Shown here: piece after piece, positions 20,493 to 30,002 of the stretch
How the letters are laid out: every line of letters starts with the position of its first letter
Numbering within the stretch: position 1 is the first letter of the stretch
DNA from: an uncultured Gammaproteobacteria bacterium
GTDB taxonomy: Bacteria > Patescibacteriota > Patescibacteriia > JAHIZJ01
Reading direction: 5' to 3'
NCBI GenBank assembly: GCA_964594455.1
Contig: CAZQLY010000005.1
Coordinates: 1,682-65,681 of the forward strand
DNA: 64,000 nt
Position numbers and translations under genes: made by a program
Notes under the pieces: generated by a model
Told to the model about the DNA's origin: nothing
Database searches by the model: none
What the model saw: the letters and a program-made list of their open reading frames with translations, nothing else

Positions 20493-23030
20493 TTACATTT
20501 TTGATTCGGAGCCCATAGCCGTATCAGCTGACGTGCTCGGAGCACCTAGTTTGCTTCGTTCGCTTATTTCCGTTTCAACGATGCTTTTTTTTTGGCCATA
20601 CTTCATACGTGACATCTCTCTTAACCGAACAGCCAACTCTTTGTCACCTGGTACTGGCGGCAATGTCTGCATATTGAAGGCTCGAGCCGGCTGATTGTCG
20701 ATCAGCAGCTTAACATACGCGTTGTATTTTTCGATATTTTGGGCATCGTATTCATTAAATACCGGCGCAAATATCTTTCCGACGGTTTGAGCGTCTTCAA
20801 CTCCCACCTTGAACGATATAATTGTTCCGGCATTACCCAGAACCGCATCGCGTATTTTGGTATCACTCCCCTGAACCAGCTGGCCGATGTATTGATGACC
20901 AAAAATAAGATTTAGCCGATACTTCCTGGCCTCGGACAATATTGTAGCAATGCTGTCAGTAATAAAATTCTGAAACTCGTCTATATAAAGATAGAAATCG
21001 GGTCGTTGCTCTTCAGGTAGTCCGGCTCGGGCCAAAGCAGCCATTTGTAACTTTGAAACAATTATCAGCCCCAGAAGCTGGCTATTGACTTCTCCGGTTT
21101 TGCCCTTAGACAAATTCACCAACAAGATCTTGCGTTTGTTCATTATATCTTTAAAACTAAAGCCCGAGTGAGACTGCCCGATGATATTTCTCATCATTTC
21201 GTTTTCTACGAATCGCCCTACTTTTGAAATCAGATAACCCAGCATTTCTGATTTATGAAAATCAGTGGTCTTAGCCATTTCTTTTTCCCAGAAGTTTCGC
21301 ACCACCGGGTCTGTGACTTTGGCTAGCCGCTGTCGCTGATAGGCCGGGTCGGTAAACATCCGCGGTATTTCAACGATCGTACCGGGCCGCTCTCGATCCG
21401 CCATCAAGGTTAGCATGACGTTTCTCATATTATGTTCAAACATCGGCCCGATCATTTCTGGCGGGAATAATTTATAGAAAATCGCGATCATTTCCTGAAC
21501 CGCGAAATCTCTTTCTTCTGGCGTTTCAGCTTCAAGCATATTCAAACCAATCGGACGCTCCAGGTCAGAAGGGTTGAATAATATTAGGTCTTCCATTCTC
21601 TCTTTTGGAATATGGCTTAGTATGTCTTCAATTAAATCACCGTGCGGGTCAACTACACATACGCCTTCGCCGTTCTGAATATCCTGAATGGCCATATTGT
21701 TTAACAAGACTGACTTACCCACCCCGGACTTACCGAGCATATAGACGTGTCGGCGCCGATCATCTTTTTTTATCTTTACCAAGACCTCTCGACCACGATA
21801 TTCACTTTTACCTAAAACAATACCCTCAGTAGGAAGACTTACGGGTGGAGCCGAACGCTTGGCTAAAGACCAGCGGATATTTGGGGTTTCTGTTTCAGCT
21901 AGAGGTAAATGGAAGATGCTAGTTAATTCTTCGCTATTTAAAATAAATCTGTTTCGATTATTAAAGTTCCGGTAGATAAAATCGTGCAAAAATCTTTCTT
22001 TTCGTAAAAGCCTGACTTTGCGAAAACCATTGCCTACCTCCTGGGCAGTATATTGGGAAAAAGTATTCACAATATTATCCAAATACACCTGGGCCCGATC
22101 TGAATCTTGGGCTGAGACTACGATCCTGATATTAGTTTCAAAGGCAAATTTGCTGGCTTTTTCCCCTACCGATTTTATTTTTTCTTCTTCCATCGGCGAC
22201 ATACGATACATGCGTTCTTTTTCCAATTCTTTCTGCTCTTGATCCTGGCTGGGGAAAGCTGACTTCATGACTTCGTTCATCACCCCACCGCTATCACCCT
22301 TGCCTCTGATAATCTTCCTAGCATAGGCCTGGGCTTTGGATTGCCAGCCAGCCGGAGCGGGCCTAATCAAAATCTGTATGGCCGCACCTTCTGGTTCGCT
22401 AATCTTACTTAAGACATTTGTCAGAGCGCTCATTGGATCAGCTTCCATCTTGGCATATGTACGAATGGGAAATAAATTTGACTTAGTCAGCTTCAAATAA
22501 CAACCTTGGATAATTCCCTGAGGTGAAAAGATGTTATAATCCTCAGCTTCATCTATTTCTGCTTCCGGGTAGATCGCATGTATTTGCTGTTCCACAAACT
22601 GCTGATGCTTGCGCGGTACGGCAAAGAAAAAAGAAACAAATCCTTGATAGGCTACAATTTCTACCCCGATATGATCCTGCCTGCCATAAAACAATCGATA
22701 ATACCATTTCTGCCTGATGATACCTCCGAGATTGGCATAGAGAGATTCGGCCACTGACATCATTTCTTTTATTCCGCCTTGAGAACGTTGGGTCTGTTCT
22801 TCTAATTCTAAATGTTCTTTGGGTACTGTGACCAACAACACTACGCGCTGAAAAGCATCGGGCAGCTTACCCGAAGAGATCAATATCTTTCGTAAGATGT
22901 AAACCAGTCCACCCAAAGCCACTAGAACCCCTAAGCCGATGAGTAGGCCAAACATAATATTATTGCCGGCTTCAGAATCAACACCGGCAGCATTTGTAAC
23001 ATTGGGTAGGGTAACTAAGAGAGTTAGCAT
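20493..23030 (-). CDS. Membrane-anchored P-loop NTPase of the FtsK/HerA/TraD-VirD4 (type IV coupling protein-like) superfamily
   Basis: N-terminal TM helices. Walker A GKSGVGKS, Walker B FYLYIDEF, and ARKYRLNLIFGHQ (Arg-finger/sensor region typical of VirD4/HerA-type ATPases). No other secretion components nearby. Confidence 0.5.
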   Translation of the reverse strand: MLTLLVTLPNVTNAAGVDSEAGNNIMFGLLIGLGVLVALGGLVYILRKILISSGKLPDAFQRVVLLVTVPKEHLELEEQTQRSQGGIKEMMSVAESLYANLGGIIRQKWYYRLFYGRQDHIGVEIVAYQGFVSFFFAVPRKHQQFVEQQIHAIYPEAEIDEAEDYNIFSPQGIIQGCYLKLTKSNLFPIRTYAKMEADPMSALTNVLSKISEPEGAAIQILIRPAPAGWQSKAQAYARKIIRGKGDSGGVMNEVMKSAFPSQDQEQKELEKERMYRMSPMEEEKIKSVGEKASKFAFETNIRIVVSAQDSDRAQVYLDNIVNTFSQYTAQEVGNGFRKVRLLRKERFLHDFIYRNFNNRNRFILNSEELTSIFHLPLAETETPNIRWSLAKRSAPPVSLPTEGIVLGKSEYRGREVLVKIKKDDRRRHVYMLGKSGVGKSVLLNNMAIQDIQNGEGVCVVDPHGDLIEDILSHIPKERMEDLILFNPSDLERPIGLNMLEAETPEERDFAVQEMIAIFYKLFPPEMIGPMFEHNMRNVMLTLMADRERPGTIVEIPRMFTDPAYQRQRLAKVTDPVVRNFWEKEMAKTTDFHKSEMLGYLISKVGRFVENEMMRNIIGQSHSGFSFKDIMNKRKILLVNLSKGKTGEVNSQLLGLIIVSKLQMAALARAGLPEEQRPDFYLYIDEFQNFITDSIATILSEARKYRLNLIFGHQYIGQLVQGSDTKIRDAVLGNAGTIISFKVGVEDAQTVGKIFAPVFNEYDAQNIEKYNAYVKLLIDNQPARAFNMQTLPPVPGDKELAVRLREMSRMKYGQKKSIVETEISERSKLGAPSTSADTAMGSESKM

Positions 23031-23032
23031 GA

Positions 23033-23566
23033 TTAATCTTTATGCTGCTTGATAGCAATGATTTTATCAGTTTTGATTTTGGCTTCCTGTTCTAAGAAAT
23101 ACTTATTCATTCCGGGGATCAACCTTAACCAATTTTTGATAACCGATAAAATATTTTTTACTCTTATCTTAGTTTCTTGAAGTAAGGTTTCAATTTTGCC
23201 TGCAGCCTCTTCACCAGCTTTTTTAAATCTTTCTCTCTCCTCTTCGCTCATTTGCAAATATATGTCTTTAAGATCCTCCTCCAATATGGTTTCCACCTGT
23301 TGGTAGGTTTCTGATTTGGCGGGAGATTGAACTGGTGTTTGGGCTGGGGTGGGCGTCGTCTGACTGGGAGCTTCTTTAGACTCTTCAATTTTTTCGGCTG
23401 TGCGTTCTGGCTCGGGTTCTTGTTCAGTTTTCGTTTCAACAGGCTTTTCTATTTCAACATGCCGGGGCTGTTCACTGGGTTGCTCCGGCCGCTTTCCTGC
23501 TTCACCAAAAATATCTTCTACTTTTGGTTTATTTTCTTTTTCTTTATTGGGATCCATTTTTTTCAT
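23033..23566 (-). CDS. Hypothetical Pro/Glu/Lys-rich protein
   Basis: Low-complexity acidic/proline-rich N-terminal two-thirds with a structured C-terminal about 50 aa. 2-nt gap to the upstream ATPase gene. Confidence 0.35.
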   Translation of the reverse strand: MKKMDPNKEKENKPKVEDIFGEAGKRPEQPSEQPRHVEIEKPVETKTEQEPEPERTAEKIEESKEAPSQTTPTPAQTPVQSPAKSETYQQVETILEEDLKDIYLQMSEEERERFKKAGEEAAGKIETLLQETKIRVKNILSVIKNWLRLIPGMNKYFLEQEAKIKTDKIIAIKQHKD

Positions 23567-23623
23567 TTATAGTATATCACAATATCGCCATTTTTACAAG
23601 TTAGATGTTTATCAGCTTTGGTA

Positions 23624-23652
23624 TTGACAAAACGGTTTCCTTGTGATATTAT
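23624..23652 (+). promoter_or_regulatory. Sigma70-like promoter (TTGACA-N17-TATTAT) ahead of the GC-rich lipoprotein gene
   Basis: Consensus -35 at 23624-23629 and -10 at 23647-23652. Strong SD GGAAGGAGGG before the ATG at 23710. Confidence 0.4.
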
Positions 23653-23709
23653 GCTTGGTTACTGTGGGCTAGATGCATTGATTTCAACTCCCGGAAGGAG
23701 GGATTCAAA

Positions 23710-24288
23710 ATGTACCGGAAGAATCATTTTTCGTTCTTTGTTTTCGTCTTCGGCGCAGCCCTTCTTCTACAGGGTTGCGCTGGTGGCATTCGTGGTTTCG
23801 CCGCAATCGGAATCAATCCAGTTGGCCTCTTCTGTGGCACCACCCTGACCATCAAAGACGGGCAGTACTATCGGTATCTGTCCGACGAGCAGATCAGCGA
23901 GGAAGGTAACCTTACCACCTACGCGGTCAAGCCGATCGGCACGATCCGGAGACGACTGGACTTTGGTGTTCGACCTGATCCTCCGCATGGCATGTTCGTT
24001 TACCGCGTCGAATGGCGCAACTCACAACATGATCATTGGCGTGAGATCGGCCATCAGCGTCACGGAGACAATCCTTACCAATTCAGCATGGGGCGTCGAG
24101 CCATTGGCTCAATCCAAGCTGAGGTCAGGGTGATCTACCGTTACGCTACTGTGGCGCCATCTACATCAGGAGATATGGTCATCGTCAACTCGACTCCAGA
24201 AGACCGGAACACGATCAATCCGGACGACAAAATCGTCCACTACTTGATCCCGATCACATTCGCTCACAGCTATTGCGACCTCAACTAG
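23710..24288 (+). CDS. Lipoprotein (lipobox LLQGC), unknown function, on a GC-rich compositional island
   Basis: Signal peptide plus LLLQGC lipobox. Local GC is clearly higher than the flanks. Own promoter and terminator. Confidence 0.5.
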   Translation: MYRKNHFSFFVFVFGAALLLQGCAGGIRGFAAIGINPVGLFCGTTLTIKDGQYYRYLSDEQISEEGNLTTYAVKPIGTIRRRLDFGVRPDPPHGMFVYRVEWRNSQHDHWREIGHQRHGDNPYQFSMGRRAIGSIQAEVRVIYRYATVAPSTSGDMVIVNSTPEDRNTINPDDKIVHYLIPITFAHSYCDLN

Positions 24289-24305
24289 GCCGCCTAGCCT
24301 GACTC

Positions 24306-24348
24306 GGGCGCTGAAGAATTCATTCTTTAGCGCCCTTTCTCTTTATTT
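24306..24348 (+). terminator. Rho-independent terminator
   Basis: GGGCGCTGAAGAA-TTCA-TTCTTTAGCGCCC 13-bp stem (one G:U) followed by TTTCTCTTTATTT. Confidence 0.6.
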
Positions 24349-24356
24349 AAAAGGCC

Positions 24357-24385
24357 TTGATTTTTTTGACAAAATGTGCTACAAT
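24357..24385 (+). promoter_or_regulatory. Putative promoter TTGATT-N17-TGcTACAAT (extended -10) for corA
   Basis: Spacing and extended -10 TG. Upstream of the corA start at 24441. Confidence 0.3.
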
Positions 24386-24440
24386 ATAGTTATGAAGGTA
24401 AAAAAACCTTCATAGATAAAACAAAAAAGAAAAACAAAAA

Positions 24441-25367
24441 ATGAACGTAAAAACAGTCAAATACAAAGGGCTGCGTTGGGTCAGTGTTGTTAAGCCTACT
24501 AACGAAGAAATAGAGTATCTGCGCCAGAATTATAAATTCCACCCCCTAGACCTCAAGGACTGCCTTTCCCCCGCCCAACGACCCAATCTGGATAAATATC
24601 CGGATTATATGTTTATGATCCTCCTCTTTCCGGTCTTCAATAAGAAGACGCGCGAGATTAATCCTTCTGAGGTGGATTTTTTTATCGGAGAAGATTATTT
24701 AATTACTGTCCATCACAACGACTTGCCCCCTTTGGTTGACCTCTTTGACCTGTGCTCTGTTAATGATCAGGCTTTAGAAAAATATTTTCATGAAGGCATA
24801 GAAAAACTTCTTTACACTATTCTGAATTCACTGTTTCTTTATTGTTACCCCATGCTTAACCACATTAGCATGGATATCAATCAACTGGAAAAAAAGATCT
24901 TTGCTGGAGCCGAAAAAAAGATGGTCAAAGAAATTCTCGTTGTTCACCGCAATATCACAAATTTCCGCAAGATCATGCAGACTCACAAAAACGTTCTGAA
25001 GAAACTAATTGACCGCAAAGATGATAATAAATTCCGTCTTAACGGATTACTGGTTTATTTCCAGGAGCTTATTGAGGATACAAAGGATATCTGGGACACC
25101 CTGCAAGGATTCAAAGAAGCCATCGAGTCACTTCAGCAAACCAACGAGTCCTTAATTTCTTTCAGAATTAATGATATTATTAAAACACTCACGGTCATCT
25201 CAGTTGTCGCTCTGCCTATTACCCTAGTAGCTTCTATTTTTGGAATGAATGCCCAGCACATGCCTTTTATCGGGCAAGGTAATGACTTCTTGATTCTCTT
25301 AGCAATCTGTGGTGCTGCCGGAGCCAGTATGTTTCTCTTCTTCTACTATAAAAAAATGTTGAAATAA
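24441..25367 (+). CDS. corA: CorA-family Mg2+/Co2+ transporter
   Basis: C-terminal two TM helices carrying the FGMN motif (FGMNAQHMP). Length and layout typical of CorA. Confidence 0.75.
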   Translation: MNVKTVKYKGLRWVSVVKPTNEEIEYLRQNYKFHPLDLKDCLSPAQRPNLDKYPDYMFMILLFPVFNKKTREINPSEVDFFIGEDYLITVHHNDLPPLVDLFDLCSVNDQALEKYFHEGIEKLLYTILNSLFLYCYPMLNHISMDINQLEKKIFAGAEKKMVKEILVVHRNITNFRKIMQTHKNVLKKLIDRKDDNKFRLNGLLVYFQELIEDTKDIWDTLQGFKEAIESLQQTNESLISFRINDIIKTLTVISVVALPITLVASIFGMNAQHMPFIGQGNDFLILLAICGAAGASMFLFFYYKKMLK

Positions 25368-25368
25368 C

Positions 25369-26361
25369 ATGGCTGAACTATTTCCCTACCTAGTAATATT
25401 CATTTTTTTAGCCGGTATTGCTTATTGGTATATCCAAAACCGCAGCACTTCATTTCCGGTTCATGCCGGCAAGACTCCTTTGTTAAACTTATACTCTCGT
25501 GATTTAACCCAACTGGCCTTGGATGACAAACTAGACCCTGTCATTGGAAGACGTCATGAGATAAAACGTGTTATACAAATACTTTCTCGGCGTACAAAGA
25601 ATAACCCAGTTCTGATTGGTGAATCTGGAGTCGGTAAAACTGCTATAGTGGAAGAATTGGCCCATGAAATAGCTACCGGCAATGTACCAGGACCTCTAAA
25701 AAGTAAGCGCGTTCTGCAACTAGATTTATCTGGATTAGTGGCAGGAACCAAGTACCGTGGTGAATTTGAAAAAAGATTAAAAGGCATCCTCGATGAAATA
25801 ATTGCTTCTCAAAGACTTATCATTCTTTTCATTGATGAGCTGCATACCCTAGCTGAAGCTGGAGAAGCAACTGGAGCAATCAATGCCGCTGACATACTCA
25901 AGCCGGCTCTGGCCCGAGGAGACCTGCAGGTAGTTGGGGCTTCAACCGGAAGGGACTACCAAAAATATATCGAGCATGATCAAACGCTAGAACGCCGCTT
26001 CCAACCCGTGCACGTCGAAGAGGCTACTCCCGAACAAACTATCGAAATCCTCAAAGGTATCCGCAGCCGCTACGAACAACACCACCAAGTTGGAATAACT
26101 AATGAGGCAATAGAGGAAGCGGTGGAAATGGCCAAGAATGTTTTACCAACCCGTACCTTCCCGGACAAAGCTATTGATATCGTTGACGAAGCCGCGGCCA
26201 AAGTTAGGCTGGAAGCAATCTCCCATCCAGAAAAATACAAAGGCGGGATATATCCTCAAATAACTCGTGAGGATATCGGTGAGGTGGTGAGAGAATGGAA
26301 AGAAGATAGCCAGGCCGTCCATGAAAACGATAAATCAAAAGCTCAAAAGAAAGACCAGTAA
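25369..26361 (+). CDS. Membrane-anchored Clp/Hsp100 D1 AAA+ module only (no N-domain, M-domain or D2)
   Basis: N-terminal TM helix followed by near-canonical ClpA/B/C D1 sequence: [54 protein letters not shown], sensor-1 and Arg finger (ALERRFQPV). Ends after the D1 small domain. Start is 1 nt after the corA stop. Confidence 0.7.
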   Translation: MAELFPYLVIFIFLAGIAYWYIQNRSTSFPVHAGKTPLLNLYSRDLTQLALDDKLDPVIGRRHEIKRVIQILSRRTKNNPVLIGESGVGKTAIVEELAHEIATGNVPGPLKSKRVLQLDLSGLVAGTKYRGEFEKRLKGILDEIIASQRLIILFIDELHTLAEAGEATGAINAADILKPALARGDLQVVGASTGRDYQKYIEHDQTLERRFQPVHVEEATPEQTIEILKGIRSRYEQHHQVGITNEAIEEAVEMAKNVLPTRTFPDKAIDIVDEAAAKVRLEAISHPEKYKGGIYPQITREDIGEVVREWKEDSQAVHENDKSKAQKKDQ

Positions 26362-26405
26362 AGTCCTTACCCAGAAGCAAATCCATAAATATCATATTAA
26401 TAAAT

Positions 26406-26433
26406 AAGAGCTAGTAAGAGCTCTTTTTTATTT
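26406..26433 (+). terminator. Rho-independent terminator
   Basis: AAGAGCT-AGTAAG-AGCTCTT stem followed by TTTTATTT. Confidence 0.55.
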
Positions 26434-26461
26434 ACTAAAAAACTGATACACTAAAAGTGTT

Positions 26462-27997
26462 ATGAAATTGAAGATTTATAATACTTTAAGCCGTAAAAAA
26501 GAGGAATTCAAACCGTTAAAAAAAACAACGGTTGGTTATTATACTTGCGGACCCACAGTCTATAACTACGCCCATATTGGAAATTTCAGAACCTATATCT
26601 TTGAAGATATTCTGAAGCGCACCTTGCAATTTAATGGCTATGAAGTAAAACATGTCATGAATATTACTGATGTCGGCCATTTAACCGATGATGCAGACGA
26701 AGGTGAAGACAAGATTGAAATGGGCGCCCAGCGTGAAGGCAAAACGGCTCAGGAAATTGCCAAACATTATGCTGACGAATTCAAGTACAACCTTAAAGAA
26801 TTAAATATCTTACCGCCTGATCTCTGGCCAAAAGCCACCGAGCATATAAAAGAGCAGATAGCCTTAATCCAAAAATTGGAAAACAAGGGCTTTACTTACA
26901 AAACCAGCGATGGAATTTACTTTGATAGTTCAAAGTTCAAAGGCTATGAAAAACTGGCCAAGTTGGACGTCAAAGGCCTCCAAGAAGGTGCACGGGTCCA
27001 AAAAAACAAGGAGAAAAGAAACAGCACGGACTTTGCTCTCTGGAAGTTTTCACCCAAAGGTAAAAAGAGGCAGATGGAATGGAATTCTCCTTGGGGTATC
27101 GGCTTCCCGGGCTGGCACATAGAATGTTCAGCCATGAGCATGAAATATCTAGGCAATACTATAGACATCCACGCCGGTGGCATAGATCACCTACCGGTCC
27201 ATCATACTAACGAAATTGCCCAGTCTGAAGCCGCTACTGGCCAACAGTTTGTCAAATTCTGGGTACACGGTGATTTTTTACTAATGGAACCCACTTCACA
27301 AGTTAACCTCAACAATGCATCACTAACTTGTTTAAAGTGTGGTTATAAAAACAATATTAAAAACAGTAAAGAATTTTCAACAAAAAAGGAGTACGGGAAA
27401 GTAGTATATTCACTCAAATGCAAAAAATGCGGAAATCTAATGTCTTTGGGAGTCAAAATGGCAAAATCAGAAGGCAATTTTATCACCTTGAAAACCCTTA
27501 TTGATAAAGGTTATAATCCATTAGCTTATCGATATTTCGTTCTCCAGGCCCATTATCGTTCCAAGCTGCACTTCTCCTGGAAAGCCTTGGACGCTGCTCA
27601 GACCGCCCTGGATAAGCTTTATGACAGGGTTGCAGAATTGAAAAGCTCTAAAACGGATAAAACGCCTTTTGAGAAAAAATTCCAAGATGCCATTAATGAC
27701 GACTTAAACACTCCCCAAGCCTTAGCTGTGGTCTGGGATCTATTAAAATCAAAAACGCCAGAGGCGGTAAAAAAGAATACTCTAATTAAGTTCGATCAAA
27801 TACTGGGGCTGGGGTTAAGCAAGATTACCAAAAAGAAAGTTGTCATACCGGAAAACATAAAGAAGCTGGCCGAGCAGCGCGAGCAAGCCCGTTCCAGCAA
27901 AGACTGGCCTAAGGCTGATGATCTCAGAATAGAAATAGAAAAACTTGGCTATACTGTTGAGGATACCGCCCAAGGACCAAAGTTGTTACCAAAATAG
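26462..27997 (+). CDS. cysS: Cysteinyl-tRNA synthetase with an about 55-aa CxxC...CxxC zinc-ribbon insertion ahead of a KMAKS (KMSKS-variant) motif
   Basis: [17 protein letters not shown] (HIGH-type), WHIECSAM zinc-site motif, and anticodon-binding C-terminus. The insertion [12 protein letters not shown]...[23 protein letters not shown] sits ahead of the KMAKS motif. Confidence 0.85.
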   Translation: MKLKIYNTLSRKKEEFKPLKKTTVGYYTCGPTVYNYAHIGNFRTYIFEDILKRTLQFNGYEVKHVMNITDVGHLTDDADEGEDKIEMGAQREGKTAQEIAKHYADEFKYNLKELNILPPDLWPKATEHIKEQIALIQKLENKGFTYKTSDGIYFDSSKFKGYEKLAKLDVKGLQEGARVQKNKEKRNSTDFALWKFSPKGKKRQMEWNSPWGIGFPGWHIECSAMSMKYLGNTIDIHAGGIDHLPVHHTNEIAQSEAATGQQFVKFWVHGDFLLMEPTSQVNLNNASLTCLKCGYKNNIKNSKEFSTKKEYGKVVYSLKCKKCGNLMSLGVKMAKSEGNFITLKTLIDKGYNPLAYRYFVLQAHYRSKLHFSWKALDAAQTALDKLYDRVAELKSSKTDKTPFEKKFQDAINDDLNTPQALAVVWDLLKSKTPEAVKKNTLIKFDQILGLGLSKITKKKVVIPENIKKLAEQREQARSSKDWPKADDLRIEIEKLGYTVEDTAQGPKLLPK

Positions 27998-28157
27998 TAT
28001 CCGTTGTCACCCTGAATTTATTTCAGGGTCTCCAGAGCCGAAGTGGTTGTTGGAGATGCCGAAACAAGTTCGGCATGACAACCAAGAGTGGTTATAAAAA
28101 TCAAACCAAAAAAGACCTCAACCATGAGCGTCTATTTTTTATTAATTCTTAATTGAA

Positions 28158-28724
28158 TTATATATCGTATTTGAACTTTTTGTCTTTGTCCTTACCCTTG
28201 AATAAGATCATCAAAATAATCGGAGCTACGATCCAGATAAAACGGCCCAACTCACTAGTAAAGATTGTTTGGGTCAACGCAGACAGCGACTCCTCAGATG
28301 CTTCAGGTAAAAATGATAACGTGATACTGATTAGTAAACCAACGTGTAAAACGCTAAACAACATTATTTGAAAGAAGTTACCTTTAGTTTCAGACGAAGC
28401 AATTGTTTGCAGCAAGGCTGAACGTGATAAAAGGAAGAACAACAGTATGAATACACCCAAGAACAAAGAAATCTTCATGACAAAAAAGTCGTTGATGCCT
28501 ATCTCAGTGGAAAAGCTGCCTATGTAAGGCGCTGTACTAACCACTGCCAGCGACATATAGATGCTGACCAGTATTACCACGATACGGTCCCGGCCCAGGG
28601 AAATGCCATACAAAAAGGCTGAGATGATAAAAAACAGAATAATAAATAAATCCCAGGTTGGTTGGGACCAGTCTATGTTGGCAATAAAAGATGAATCTGC
28701 CGCAGCAGTGGCTGTTAAAAACAT
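28158..28724 (-). CDS. Integral membrane protein, unknown function
   Basis: Five to six hydrophobic helices. No recognisable motif. Confidence 0.4.
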   Translation of the reverse strand: MFLTATAAADSSFIANIDWSQPTWDLFIILFFIISAFLYGISLGRDRIVVILVSIYMSLAVVSTAPYIGSFSTEIGINDFFVMKISLFLGVFILLFFLLSRSALLQTIASSETKGNFFQIMLFSVLHVGLLISITLSFLPEASEESLSALTQTIFTSELGRFIWIVAPIILMILFKGKDKDKKFKYDI

Positions 28725-28855
28725 TGGTTTTTATTTGAATATTAACAGTACTTTTGTATTACCTTTCTATTATAGCATAAAAACGAAAAAGAATCAACCT
28801 AAGGCAAATTAATATAATAAAAACACCTCCCAGGTGTTTTATTTTGTTAGAATAA

Positions 28856-29317
28856 TTATTTATTTGTATTCTTGGCTCGTTGAATCCCCTGCTCTTCTAA
28901 CTCCGAAGGGGTTAGTGTAGCCTGTGTTTCTTGGCCCAATACTTCACCCTCTGCATCTAAATCACGTTCCGTAACATTTATTGAATTACGATTTGGTTCT
29001 ATATCGGCTGCTTCCAGCTCAGAGGGCGGTAGCATAGGGCCGGTTGTTTCACCTAATACCCGAGCTTCTGATTCTGAAGAATCTTCCCGACTAGTAACCG
29101 GCTGACCATTAGCCTGCTGAGTCCTAATACCAAGTATTTGCCCTTGGGGGCCATTCTCAACTGGAGACAGATCAGTGGGTAAAGCTCCTAAAAAAACCAA
29201 AGCGGCTGGCCAAGCCAAGGCACCAAAAATCAACCAATTTACCTGAGTGTGATAGGGAAACTTTTTCCAGCGCTGATACCAGTTCTGTGGCTGTTTTTTC
29301 TTCTTAGCTTCTGCCAT
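28856..29317 (-). CDS. Membrane-anchored hypothetical protein with internal tandem repeat
   Basis: Basic N-terminus followed by a TM helix. Duplicated segment VLGETTGPMLPPSELEAADIE / VLGQETQATLTPSELEEQGIQ. Confidence 0.4.
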   Translation of the reverse strand: MAEAKKKKQPQNWYQRWKKFPYHTQVNWLIFGALAWPAALVFLGALPTDLSPVENGPQGQILGIRTQQANGQPVTSREDSSESEARVLGETTGPMLPPSELEAADIEPNRNSINVTERDLDAEGEVLGQETQATLTPSELEEQGIQRAKNTNK

Positions 29318-29397
29318 ATCAACTTAGTATAGGCTCAAATATGTTTAATTGTCAAGGATAAAAAAAGACTCCCTGAGAGCGGAGCCTTGATAGACTA

Positions 29398-29769
29398 TCA
29401 ATCGTCTTCATCGTCAACATCGATATCTGGTTCAGGTCGGGTGAGCTCGTAGGAGCTGAGGTGATCAATGATGGTGATGAAGAAGTTGGGCGCAGCAGTA
29501 CCCCTACCATAAAGAAGCCAAGTTCCATCATTACGATTGAGTAGAAAATCGTGGAAATACGATGGACCATCACTGTTGGTTACGATATGACAGCGCGAGC
29601 CTGGTGCCAAATGAGTCATCGTAACCACGAGACGCAAGACATGTCCTGGCCCATAATCGAGCCACTTCTTCTGTGCCAGGCAAACAGCTTCAATGACATC
29701 ACCTGGCGTTGGAACCGTCACCTGACCAACTTCGGTGTCTTCGACTCGTCTTTGGGGTTTATCCGTCAT
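29398..29769 (-). CDS. Hypothetical protein with acidic C-terminus on a GC-rich island; start probably at the ATG preceded by GGAGG rather than the upstream ATG at 29853
   Basis: GGAGGTAATG-ATG places the SD before MTDKP. GC is higher than the flanks. Confidence 0.4.
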   Translation of the reverse strand: MTDKPQRRVEDTEVGQVTVPTPGDVIEAVCLAQKKWLDYGPGHVLRLVVTMTHLAPGSRCHIVTNSDGPSYFHDFLLNRNDGTWLLYGRGTAAPNFFITIIDHLSSYELTRPEPDIDVDDEDD

Positions 29770-30002
29770 CATTACCTCCATAGGAAAGTGGTGTGCGACC
29801 GACAACACAAAGAACGATAGGGTATATCTTATAATATTTTTGCTTTTTGTCAATGTTTAAAAAGGTGTAAACCAATATCAACGATAGGTACTATGATATC
29901 GAAATACAGCTCGCTGGGCTTCCATGTCCAGCGATGAGATTCAAAGGTGTCGGAGCGTGGAAGCTCCGACAGCTATGATAATTGAGATAAAACACTAACA
30001 GC

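Noticed and set aside
24290-24300. GGCCGCCTAGCC near the lipoprotein stop as another GC-hairpin family member
   Set aside because: Too short and lacks the CCCGCCTCG/CGAGGCGGG arms. The adjacent real hairpin is an ordinary terminator.
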